Positions 1 to 10,359 of a stretch of 64,000 bases of DNA are shown piece by piece. The stretch is taken from NCBI GenBank assembly GCA_025558095.1, contig JAIVFI010000012.1:682001-746000 (forward strand), given 5' to 3'. Source of the stretch: Hyaloraphidium curvatum SAG 235-1 (lineage: Eukaryota > Fungi > Monoblepharomycota). Below the pieces are notes generated by a model that saw only the letters and a program-made list of their open reading frames with translations, did not search any database and had not been told where the DNA came from. The stretch's first letter is position 1, and each line of letters starts with the position of its first letter. The translations under genes and the position numbers were made by a program.

Positions 1-2
1 AC

Positions 3-137
3 ATGTTCCGCGCCGACATCGCGGGGCAGTTCGATGCGGTGATGCACTACGATGCGACGAGGGCGGTGGAGCCGCTGGAAACCACGGGGGAGTGGAGAGA
101 GGGGGAGGTGGAGGAGACGTACCCGTCGGGGCTGTGA
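3..137 (+). CDS. C-terminal end of an erythromycin esterase-like protein (gene begins upstream of the window)
   Basis: Frame 3 reads [44 protein letters not shown]. This resembles the QFDA..H.D.T.AVEPL....W...E..ET(F/Y)P.G C-terminus of that family. Confidence 0.7.
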   Translation: MFRADIAGQFDAVMHYDATRAVEPLETTGEWREGEVEETYPSGL

Positions 138-434
138 GGTGGCAGTAGGGTGAAGTAGTTCTATTTGATCTGGCTTCTTGGTCTACTTCTTTGGCGAGGA
201 ATAGGAGAGCGTTCGGCGGGTCCTCATGCGAAGCGTGCATCAGAAACCAGCCTTCATCATGCGGCCAACTATCGATCCACTTGGTAGAACGAATTCCACC
301 AATTGCACGTGATGCTGGTGCATAATCCCTGACTTTCGAATGTCGGGGGTCGGAGGGACCCTGGGACCGAATCGGAGGCGGAGCCAAGGGTCCTGCCGAC
401 GTCCGACCCTGGTTGCGCCCCCGAACGAAGAGAG

Positions 435-1735
435 ATGTCCGCCGCCGCCGCCGCTCCCGCTCCCGAGACTGAGGCCGCCGCCGCCCCCGCGGTGGCGCCC
501 GTCGCACCCGTCGGCGCTGAAGAGACCTCCGCCGCCGCCGGTGCTGCCGGTGCGACGCAGACGGCTGCCGCTCCCGTCGGCGATGCTGCCGCTGCCCCCG
601 TCGGAGACGCCGCTGCGGCCCCCGTCGGAGCTCCGGCAGTCGGTCCGGATGGCGCGCCTCTCGCACCGGTCGAGATCCCGCCGGTCCTCGGGCCCGACGG
701 TACGCCTTGTTGCGCGACTAGCCGACCGGATCTCTCATGATGGCTCCATTGCAGGCAAGCCCCTTCCCGAGCAGGAACAGAGCGAGCTCATGAAGGAGGT
801 GACTGCCAACATCACACACATGTGAGTCAGGAGCGAGAAGGCACCCTGATGGGAAGGGCTGACGGCTCTGCAGGAACCCGCTGCCCCAAGACATGGACAA
901 GGAGGCCGAGAAGGCCGCCGAGACGATCAACAACATGATCAACCCCGGCAAGGGCATCGACATCATCGTCCCCAAGTCCATCATCGACAAGGCCAAGGCC
1001 ATCGCGGTCCTCCACATCGTCAAGGTTGCCTGGGGCTTCTCCGGACGCGCGGGCTCGGGCGTGATTGTCGCCAAGCTGCCCGACGGGACGTGGTCCGCGC
1101 CCTGCGCCATCGGCATGGTTCGTTTACCGACTTGTGGGCCATCATTCGGAGCTGATCCGTTTTGAACAGGCCGGTGCCGGGTGGGGCGCCCAGGTCGGAG
1201 TCGCTGTGACCGACTTCATGTTCATCGCGACGACGGACGCCGGCGTCAAGGCCTTCTCGCGCGGGTTCAACGTGCAGTTCGGCGTCAACGTCGCCGTTGC
1301 TCTCGGCCCCATTGGGCGCGAGGGTGAGGTGGACATCATGCTGTCGGACTTTGCCCCCGTGTACACCTACTCGAGTGAGTGCCGTCCGAGGGGAGGAGAA
1401 GGAACGGATCACTGATCGTACCCGTCGCTTGCAGAGACCAAGGGCCTCTTCGCCGGCGTTTCGCTCGAGGGCAGCGTCCTGCTCCAGCGCTCGAGGGCCA
1501 ACGAGGCCAAGTACGGCAAGGACGTCACCGGCGAGATGATTCTGACCGGGAAGGTTCCCCATCCCAAGGGGAGCGAGGTAGGCCGGCAGAGATGGCGATT
1601 TCTTCCCATCCAACGCAACGACGCCCTCCCCAGAGCCTGTACAAGGCCCTCGAGGAGATGGACAAGAGGGCTGCGGAGCGGGCAAAGGCGGCCGCGGAGA
1701 AGATGAAGCCGACCTCGGAGGCTCCCGACTTCTAG
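435..1735 (+). CDS. SYLF/Ysc84 (Las17-binding, SH3YL1-like) domain protein, spliced, with an Ala/Pro-rich N-terminus
   Basis: Exons give IVPKSIIDKAKAIAVLHIVKVAWGFSGRAGSGVIVAKLPDGTWSAPCAI, GWGAQVGVAVTDFMF and KGLFAGVSLEGSVL. GT-AG introns include 700-754 and 822-873. Confidence 0.9.
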
Positions 1736-1814
1736 ATTTGCTGGCTGTGCGGGAGACACCAACCACACCGTCTTTCCAGTCGCGAATCGCGCCGTCTCCG
1801 CGGCAGAGCACGCG

Positions 1815-2050
1815 ATGTCGTCCGCCAAAGCGCTAATGGACTTCTCCAACAAGGTCGTGGTCGTCACAGGCGGCGCGTCCGGGTTCGGTTTCGACCTCTG
1901 CACGCTCCTCGCCGCCCGTCGGCCGCGGAAGCTCATCATCGTGGACGTGAGCGCCAAGGGGCCCGAGGCCGCGAAGAGCCTGGCGAGCACGGGGGCAAGC
2001 GTCGAATTCAGGAAGGCGGATCTGGCGGATCCGAGGCAGATTAAGGCGCC
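1815..2050 (+). pseudogene. N-terminal fragment of a short-chain dehydrogenase/reductase
   Basis: A Rossmann motif VVVTGGASGFG followed by IIVDV and ADL is present. Similarity ends at ~2050 and no YxxxK catalytic exon was found downstream. Confidence 0.6.
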
Positions 2051-2347
2051 GAGAGTGAACGTCCCGCAGTCAAGTCATTCCTGTCGTCCATTCACGTGCA
2101 GCGTTTCGATTTAGTTCTGCGACGTCCCGAACATCTATTCCCGATGATTTTCGACTTTCTTCGGCTACTTCAGCACGGTTGAATCACGGTTGAATCACGA
2201 ACGGTCTCCTGTACCAGCCAGCGTGGCTGGACGTGCCCTGACTTTTATCCTTGAGAGCCCTCTCCTCCAGCACAGGCCCCAATCGCCCCCCTGCCACCTC
2301 CGGCCGCCGACCACCTCCGCCGCCGGGGATCCCGCTCTGCCGGCACT

Positions 2348-3763
2348 ATGCCGCTCACCGCGTCGAAGGTGCGCGGGCAACTGGCCGCGGCGCCGCGCGC
2401 GACTCACCGCGCCCCGCTGCCGCGACCCCCGCCCCGACAGGCTGCCCTCGCCGCGCTGGTGCTCTGCGCTGCAATCTCCCTCTTTAGTGCCACCATCGCC
2501 GATGCGCAGGGCGTGTCGCCGAACTCCAACAACCAGATCTGGGCAAAGGGCGCGACATGGTCGGTTCTCCCCGCCGCCCGCATCGCAGCCACTAACGCCT
2601 CCCCGCCCCCGCCGCAGCGTGGCCGGGCAGAGCGTCGGTCCCTGCTGCTGGTGCGCACTGGCCGCTGGGCCGCCGTCGTCGGTTCGGGCCCGATGACTCA
2701 CACGATCCCGCTACCCCACAGCGCGAGGCGCCCCAGGGTCGTCGTCTCCACAAAATTCACTACAAAGACCGCCGTCAAGACCGTGAAGCGCACCAGGACC
2801 GTCACCAGGACCGTCACGTCCACCGTGCTGAACCGCCGCCGTATGGAGCGCGACGTCGTGCCCGAGGTGGCTGAGCGGTCCCTGCCCGAGCCCGCGGTCG
2901 AGGAGGACAAGGTCGACGAGGCCGAGGTCAAGGACTCCCTGTTCGAGGTCGCTGAGCGTGCCGTCACCGAGGAGCCCGAAGCCGCCGACGTCGAGGTCGA
3001 GGAGTACCTCTCCGAGGCGCCCGGCCACGAGCTCTTTGCCCGCAACCTGTGCCCCGCCTGCCCCACCGGCATCAACCCCCGCCTCGGCACCAACAACAAT
3101 GGCGGCAGCGTCAATCTGTGCTGCCCGCGCTCGACCCGGTTCACCACCCGCACAAAAACGACCACTCGAATCAAGACGACGACGGTCAAGACCGCCACGA
3201 GGACGGTCACCACGACCACCACGCAGAAGGCCGCCGTCACGATCCCCGTTCTCGTACTCAGCGAGACCGTCCGCCGTGGGTCCACCCGCCCCCGTCCCGC
3301 CGCCCCCGCCTGACCCGCCCCCTCGCACACAGGCCTGGCCGCACGGAAAGGCGCACCGGTCATCTCCGTCAACGTCTATCTCCGCGGACCGAACGGCAGC
3401 ACCAACATCCTCGGCCAGTGCATCACCGGCATCGGCGGCACCTGCAACATCTACCTCCCGTTCCTCCTCAACCCCGGCGACGTCTACGAGATATTTGTCG
3501 AGCGCGTGGAGTCCGGCGCGACCTTCTTCACCGCCAAGGCCGACGGGCAGCCGCCGATCGGGGCGTCGGGGAACATCGAGGTCACCATCACGGTGGGTTG
3601 GGGTTCCCCGGCACGCGCGGCGTACGGGCTGACGCGCCGCCGTACGGCAGGAAACGAACACCGTGACCATCCGCCGCCGCGAGATCATCGGGCGGCGCGA
3701 CGCGGACGGCAGGTTCCGCCGGGCGCTCAAGGCGCTGGCGACGCCCGCGCCCCAGGCGTTCTG
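2348..3763 (+). CDS. Secreted Thr-rich protein with a CPxC...CC module (spliced); paralog of the gene at 61692-64000
   Basis: Signal-like ALAALVLCAAISLFSATIADA, Thr/Lys-rich tracts, an acidic spacer, LFARNLCPACP...LCCPR, and short GT-AG introns. Confidence 0.6.
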
Positions 3764-4154
3764 AGCCCGCGCCCCGGACAACCTCCTTGGCGGCTCGGGC
3801 TTATGGAGTCTGTATCGTGTTTGGGGGAAGGGGGATGGTTCTGCGGCGCAAGGTCGATCGGCGCGTCGAGGGCCTTGCTGGATCTGGCACTGTACGTCAC
3901 GGACTCGCCTCTGCTTCTATGTACGACTCGCTGTCTGCTGATTCTGAACACTGCTTGGGTCCTATGTATCTCTGATATCCTCGCTCGCTCGTGTGGGCCG
4001 TGTCGCCAATTTTTCGAGCTCCGCGGTCCAAGGGTGGGGCTTCCCGTCGTCCGGTGGACACCTTGCAGTTTCGCTGCTTCTCGCAAGGACGGGAATCGAG
4101 CCCGAAGCCTTGCGATCGAGCGTCGGCCGGCGCTGATGTGACACTGATGCCGCG

Positions 4155-5214
4155 ATGAAGAGGTTTTGCGCCGGCCGCTCGACATCTCTCTGGGCCAGGA
4201 CGGCACGGACGGAAGAAGCCACGTCACTGGGCTGCGGGCGGGGCGGCGGCGACCGCTCGGGCACCAGCGCCACTGAAGCGAACGGGACGGCGGCGTTTGA
4301 GGATGCTGCCGCACACAGTGCAGACGATCTCAGTTGCGCCGGATGGCCTGGGACTGGGCGCCCGGCTTCTAGATTGAAAGCGGACGCGGGCGGGAACGGG
4401 GCGAGGGGACTTGGCTGCACCCACATCGGCACGGACCTGCTCCGCTGCGCCCGGTGCGGTCTCGCGGGGTACTGCTCGCGCTTCTGCCAGGTCCACGACT
4501 GGGGGAGGCACAAGCTGCGATGCGGACCCGGAGGGGCGAAGATCCGCGGGCTATCGGCCACGGCGCAGCCTCCCAAACCGTGCGCGGAAGGGTGCGCATA
4601 CCTTACCCCGAGCGACGCCGTCCCTGACGATGATTTCCGAGCGTGGAAGCAGGGGATGGCGGAGAGGCGGTCGGCTGCTGGGCACGGTTCTTCGTCGGTG
4701 GTCCAAATGGTGCACGGGGCCCGTCGCCTTCAACGCCGAAACGCTGATCAACATTTTCGACAAGACTCTTAGCTTGACGGGGAAGTAATACGTAGGGCGT
4801 ATGTCTGGAAACTGCGATTCCTCAACTTCTATGGCGATCGGCCCTCAGGATGTCCCGGGCGTCCCTGCTCCGCCACGCACATCCTCGAAACCCGAATGAC
4901 TCCACAGAACCACACACCCAAACCGCCGGAAACGGCGTCAAAACCCCGTTCAATCGCTTCCTCGGACGTGTCGCGGCATGGCCGAGCCCGCACGGTGGCG
5001 GAGGCGGCCGCGCTTGTCAGCGCAGGAAAGCGCTGGCGACGTAGAGCAAGATCGCTCCGTAGCTCAGTGGCTTCGAGTATCGGTTGCGGGCCTTCGCACG
5101 ACACCAAGACTGCGGGTAGACGGCGCAGAGTTGGAGGAGTTCGGTAGAGATTCGGGCTCATCCGTTACAGGTAGGTATAGCACTCCCTCGTGCTCCGCCT
5201 CCGCCGAATACTAG
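4155..5214 (+). pseudogene. Degenerate MYND zinc-finger gene
   Basis: CARCGLAGYCSRFCQVHDWGRHKLRC is a MYND finger. Downstream coding-like sequence is broken by frameshifts and stops. Confidence 0.55.
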
Positions 5215-5463
5215 AAAAGGTGGCGAAGGCCCAACGCCCATGCTCCGCCGCGGAAACGTCCGCGGCGTCGCCCTTCCGAGGTGGAGTCCCCTGCGCTTCC
5301 AAGTGTGGCGCAGTCCGCATAGCCTCGGTCCCACAATCCCAATCGTCCGCCGCCATACGCCCCCGCTCCCCCGGTGGGCGAGGGCGTCCCATCCCCAACT
5401 GCGCTCGCCCTTCTGCTGCCTCTCCTGCTCCGGCCCGCCGCCGCCTCTTCCAGCGTGCAAATC

Positions 5464-6426
5464 CTACGGAGGGAGGTCATCGACCCCGCCACTGGCTTTC
5501 TCATCTGCCGACAAGAGCGCACCGCCTCCTACGGCGAACTGGAAGTCTCGCAGTGCGTCGGCTGGTGCACCAGCGGGAACAGCTCCTACTACGGCTGGCG
5601 GCTCGCGGGACGCGCGTCGCCGTGGGGTTACGAGTGCGGCAAATACAACGACATTGGAGGCCCGTCGACGTCGTGCGTTCGCTCCCCCTCGCTCGGGTGC
5701 GGGGGCGTACTCGATCGTCGAGAACGAACCGGGCATGCAAAGGTCGAGCCCGTGCAGGATGAAAGCCGTGAGCGTCATCAGCGGCGAGTAGCCCGACGCC
5801 AGGTTCCGCAGCGCGTTGGACAGCGCCCCAACGCCCGTCGTGACCACAGCATCGACTCCCAAAGGGCCTGCGACTCCCAGCGCGGGGGACCATGCAGACA
5901 GGTTGTCGACAAAAACGCGCAGATGCAGCCGCTTCTTGTCCGGGTCGTAGCGCGCCGATGCGAGGTGCAAATCCAGCTCGATCGGCCCCAGCAGCCCGCG
6001 GAGGGCGCGCAGCGCCCTGGCCGCCCAGCCAACCCTCTCATCCACCGACGCCGAAGCTTCCGGCCTCGCTTTCATTGCCTCAGCGTACTCAGCCCCCTCC
6101 TTCGTCTGCCTTCGGAGCATGGCGAGTATCTTGCGCGTCTTGCGGACGTACTCCGGCACCGCCTCGCTGTCATCTGCCAGCTCGGAAGTGCCCAGCACGG
6201 TCTCCGCAGCGTCGTTGAGCGCGACGGCCAGCGCGCGGCCGGCTTCTGTGGCGGTCGCCCCGGGACGCCCTGGCTCCTTCGGCTCCACCGGCGTTGCCAA
6301 GTCCAGCCGCGACTCGAGTTCGGACGCAAGCGAGGAGGCATCGGGAGAGTTGCTCGTAGTCGCCATGTCCTTCGAATGAGTTTTGTTGAGGAGCTTCGTT
6401 GCGTCTGCAGGAGAGAAGCTCGACAC
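5464..6426 (-). CDS. Hypothetical protein of unknown function
   Basis: 320-codon ORF with protein-like helical composition in its first ~240 aa and no recognised motif. The start is uncertain. Confidence 0.45.
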   Translation of the reverse strand: MSSFSPADATKLLNKTHSKDMATTSNSPDASSLASELESRLDLATPVEPKEPGRPGATATEAGRALAVALNDAAETVLGTSELADDSEAVPEYVRKTRKILAMLRRQTKEGAEYAEAMKARPEASASVDERVGWAARALRALRGLLGPIELDLHLASARYDPDKKRLHLRVFVDNLSAWSPALGVAGPLGVDAVVTTGVGALSNALRNLASGYSPLMTLTAFILHGLDLCMPGSFSTIEYAPAPERGGANARRRRASNVVVFAALVTPRRRASREPPAVVGAVPAGAPADALRDFQFAVGGGALLSADEKASGGVDDLPP

Positions 6427-6454
6427 GTCAGCGCTTGGCCGCGCCTACGCAACA

Positions 6455-7260
6455 CTCGCATCGGTTCCGAACCTGATGACTCCCGCCGCCGCCGCTTCCG
6501 CACCCGCACCGGCAGCATGCCGATGTTATTGTCGGCGGCGGCCGCGGCCATTGCGGAGGGACCTGCCTGGCCCGCAAAAGCGCGCCCGGACCGCCCAGTG
6601 ACTGTCTCGCCGAGCTCGAGCCGCAAGCCGACGGCGGTGCGAGAGTCAGAGCACCGGGCCGTTCCGGTGCTTCCCTGGTCCTCGATGGCGCCGTCGGCGT
6701 GCTCCCACTGCTTTTGCTGGACGCGGCGGGCAGCTCACTCGGACGCGGGGCTTCTCTCTCTCGTGCGGGCATCCGGCAGCCGGCGCAGAGCCCTGCGACG
6801 GAGCGTTGGCGGATGCTGATGCTTCGTTGGGGGCCGCCCGCCGGCAGCTGGCCATGTTATTCCGAGGATCTCTTGGGACGCGGCGGCGGTGACGTGGACC
6901 GACACCGGCGCCGCGCATCGTGGGCCGACTGGGAGAATCATCAATGCTGCCGTGACGGGCTCAGTCTGCGCAGCGTCGGATGGGACAAGCCGGCCTGGAT
7001 CGCCGGCCGCTTGGTACCGGCTCGGACGAGCGAGGCGGCTGCGGTAGGGGACCGGACCACCGGCGCCGCATGCCACGGGCTCGTCCGCGGCATTCCAGAG
7101 GATGCCGCTAGAGCCCTTTAAAGCGTGCGGCGCGGGGACGAAAAGCGGGGCCGTCTGCAGTTTCGGCGGCTTCCCAGTACTCAACCCGGGCAGGGCGATC
7201 CGAGCTTGCGGCGCCGTCGTTCTGCGGATGGGCAACATGCTGCTCAAAGACCGGCACGCT
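6455..7260. repeat. Leader plus hairpin-unit array, copy 1 (~4 units)
   Basis: Leader blocks are shared with 10360-10800. Left arms GGACCG(G)AC..CCGGCGCCGC occur at ~6896 and ~7048, with degenerate units at ~6775 and ~7197. Inner stem example: GCGGCATTC/GGATGCCGC. Confidence 0.8.
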
Positions 7261-7369
7261 GGCCATGTGGATGATCGATGATTGATACGACCACTTCCGC
7301 CTCCAGATTGCGACACCGTCAAGTCAGATGCACGGCGGTCGTCCCACGCTCTTTCCGCCGCTGGTTCCC

Positions 7370-7960
7370 TCACGCACCCCCGAGGTTGATCGAGATCCCC
7401 CTCCCCAGCTTCCGCCCGAACGCCAGCGCGACCCACAGATCGAAGATCCCGTCCACGAGCGGCGCCTTGTCGATCCCGCCCACGCGCACGGGCCTGAACC
7501 CGCACTCGGCGATCAGCTGCTCCGCCGCCGCCTCGGCCGCCGGCTCGGCGGCGTAGAACAGGTCGCACTTGACCGACCCGTCAGGAGCGGGGGCGGCGAT
7601 GGTCTCGGCGGCGACGGTGTTGAACGCGCGCACGACGAGCGCGCCGGGGGCCGCCTCGGCGATGGCCTTGGCGATGTTTGCAACGGTCTTCTTGGTGTCG
7701 TTGGCAGGCAGGACGACCGTCTTCCCGGCGAGCAGCGCCGCGAGCTCCTTTGCGGAATCGACCGCCGCGCCGCCCGGGATGGCCAGCGCGACGGCCTCGC
7801 TGTCCGCCACGGCGTCGACGACCGCGCGCACGGGGACCCCGTCCTGCTCGTTCTCGCCCTCGGCGTGCCGCGAGCCGAGGATGACGGAGTGCCCGGCTGC
7901 GAGCCAGTGTCCGGCGAGCGCGCGCGCGATGTGGCCGGTGCCGACGATGGCGATCTTCAT
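7370..7960 (-). CDS. NADP oxidoreductase, F420-dependent-like (NAD(P)-binding) family; intronless
   Basis: MKIAIVGTGHIARALAGHW...VILGSR, VVRAFNT and GFRPVRVGG motifs. Confidence 0.85.
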   Translation of the reverse strand: MKIAIVGTGHIARALAGHWLAAGHSVILGSRHAEGENEQDGVPVRAVVDAVADSEAVALAIPGGAAVDSAKELAALLAGKTVVLPANDTKKTVANIAKAIAEAAPGALVVRAFNTVAAETIAAPAPDGSVKCDLFYAAEPAAEAAAEQLIAECGFRPVRVGGIDKAPLVDGIFDLWVALAFGRKLGRGISINLGGA

Positions 7961-8738
7961 TCCGGCGGCGGGAGGGCGGGCGGGGCGGGCGGGTGCGGTG
8001 TGGAGTGCGGCGAAGGCGGGGAGTGTTGGATGGTCGGAGGGAGGGCGATATATATCGGAGAGGCGGATTATGAGAGAGTGCGGTGGGTGCGGTGGCTGGT
8101 TCACGGTCTGGACCCGGCCCAGCTCCGAGCGACAGCTCACCCATCACAACCCCGGCAACCTCCTCGCGGGTACGTCCCGCCCACGCAGCTGGCTCTGTTT
8201 CATTGGCCTCGAACCTTGCGGTGGTGGGAAGGAGTGTGTCGGCTTCGGGACGGGGGCGGCGGTCGGGGCCGGACTCGAGAGGCGCCTACGGCGGCGTCTG
8301 ATGGTGCCGCCGTGCATGGTCGTTGTGGACGCATTGGGCTTGGGCTACGGACGTGCGATTTCCAGGGGCAGACTGGCTGTGCGGACCGATAGCCGTCTGC
8401 ACCGCTCACCGTGCCACGGCGGCAAAGCGCCAAACAGACGCCTGGAGAGGGTAAGACTTTCCGAAAATAGGCGTAGTGGTTGCTAGGAGATGCTGTAGGA
8501 CGATATATGCCCCCGCCGGATAGACTGGCCAGCTTTGGGGCGCCGCAGCAATCGGATGTCGGACTTGCACACGGATCGGACGGACGAAACCGGGGTGGCG
8601 GCATTCTAATGTGCTGCCGAAGCCGCGCTGTACGGACTTCTCTATCTCCTGGTGGGCCCGTAAGGGCCACGCCCAGGCGAGGCCGACGAGAAGGGACTTG
8701 CGCGCTCTTCAGCACAAGCACGTCCGGCTAGACGCAGG

Positions 8739-10200
8739 ATGGAGACGGCCGACAAGCGCGTTTTCGAGGCTTTCGAGCAGCGTTTTACTAATGCGGAATG
8801 GCTCTGCTTGTTCCCCGAGGGGCTCAAGGACCCGGGGCCCCTCGACGCGCCGTTGCCTCCCGACCCTGCCGCGGATCTCCGCATGGTTTCTCCCGTCACG
8901 CGTGCGACGCTGGTCCGCGAGCTGCGCCCGGAGTCGCTGCCCGCGGCGGCCGCGGTGGCGGTGCAGACCGCGCTGGTGCCGCACTCTGCACTTCTGGTGC
9001 CGTGGATTCTGGCCGGGTCCGCGGGCATCGCGGTCGTCACAATCGCCGCGTTGTTCGGCAACGCCGTTCTGGGCGTGTTTGGGACGCCGCAAATGGCCGC
9101 GGGCATCGCCGCCGTCCTGTTCTACGCCGTGCTCAGCGGCGTGGCCGGCTCGACCACCGTGCTCCCCACACTCCTTACGCGCCACGCCGCGCCCTCGCAG
9201 AGGCCGCGCGACGCCGACGCCAGCTCGCACCCGTACGCGCCCATCGCGCGCTGGCTGCAGCTCAGGCGCTTCGCGGATGGCACGGAACCCACGCGCCTCC
9301 TCGCGCACGACCCGCGGGACAAGTTGTGCCCCTGTCCGGACCCCGCGTGCGCAGGAGGGCTGCCGGCCGCCGCCGGGTACTGGCGCACAGCCGAGTTCGT
9401 CGTCAGGGTGCTCGCGGTCTACGCCCTCTACTTCTCTCTGTTCTACACCGCCTTCGTCACGCTCGGCGGCGTGATCTGGCACTCGTGGTGGGGCATAGCC
9501 GCCTCCACGTTCGCCCTCATCAGCACCTCTGGCTTCGCCGCCTTCGCCATCGCCCTCCGCTTCGGCGGGAACCCCCCAGCGCGGCGCCTCCTCTTCCGCC
9601 TGCGGCACCGCGCCCTCGTCCTGTGCCTCCGCTCCATGCTGGACCACTACCGCCTCGCCCCGCACGACGCCGGCGAGAAACCTCCCTGCGACAAATCCTA
9701 CCTCGCCCTGCACGCCGCCCTCTCCGTCTCGTGGGACGATCGCACGGTGCCCATGACCTCGGCCGGCTTCATGGCGGTGTACTTTGCCGGTGCCGCGGTC
9801 GGAGGGATCATCAACGCCACCGCGGGGTCGTGCGTCCCCGTGTGGTGCTTCCTCCTCCTCGCGCAGATGCTGGTTGCCGTCACGGTCGACATGGTCAATG
9901 CCGCGGCGACCAACGAGGAGATCTCGGCGGCCGCGGAGCTGTACCTCCGCGCGGGGGCGGAGCTCCAGCTGCTGCTCCCGTTCCACGCCGACCCCGAGCG
10001 CACCGAAATGGCGTCCCGCGCGGCGGGGCTGGGGATGTTTGCCAACGCGGGGGGGAGGAAGCCCAGGTTGGCGCGTGGCAGTCGATTTCGGGGTCGTGCG
10101 GACGGTCCTGGTGACGGCCTTCACGGTGTTCATCGGGTTGTGGACGCTGCTCAGGTCGGCAGGGGTGGACGTGGTGATGGATATGGCGTGCAGGGGGTGA
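8739..10200 (+). pseudogene. 7TM family member 1 (GRL/DUF3537-like), with a frameshift at a G-run near 10050 (real lesion or assembly error)
   Basis: HDPRDKLCPCPDPAC motif and hydrophobic helices. The family C-terminus (GWRVAVDFGVVRTVLVTAFTVFIGLWTLLRSAGV) lies in a different frame. Confidence 0.75.
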
Positions 10201-10359
10201 TGCGTGTCTTTCCGAGCAAATTGAGCGCGGGGGTTCGTCTCCGCCAGCTCACCAATCAACCCCCGCTCATTGCCCTCGTTCCGTGCCCACGGGGACGCCC
10301 TGCGCTGCCCACGAACGGCAGCGCACTCTTAGCATCGCTCTTTACAGTGATGCGGGGAA

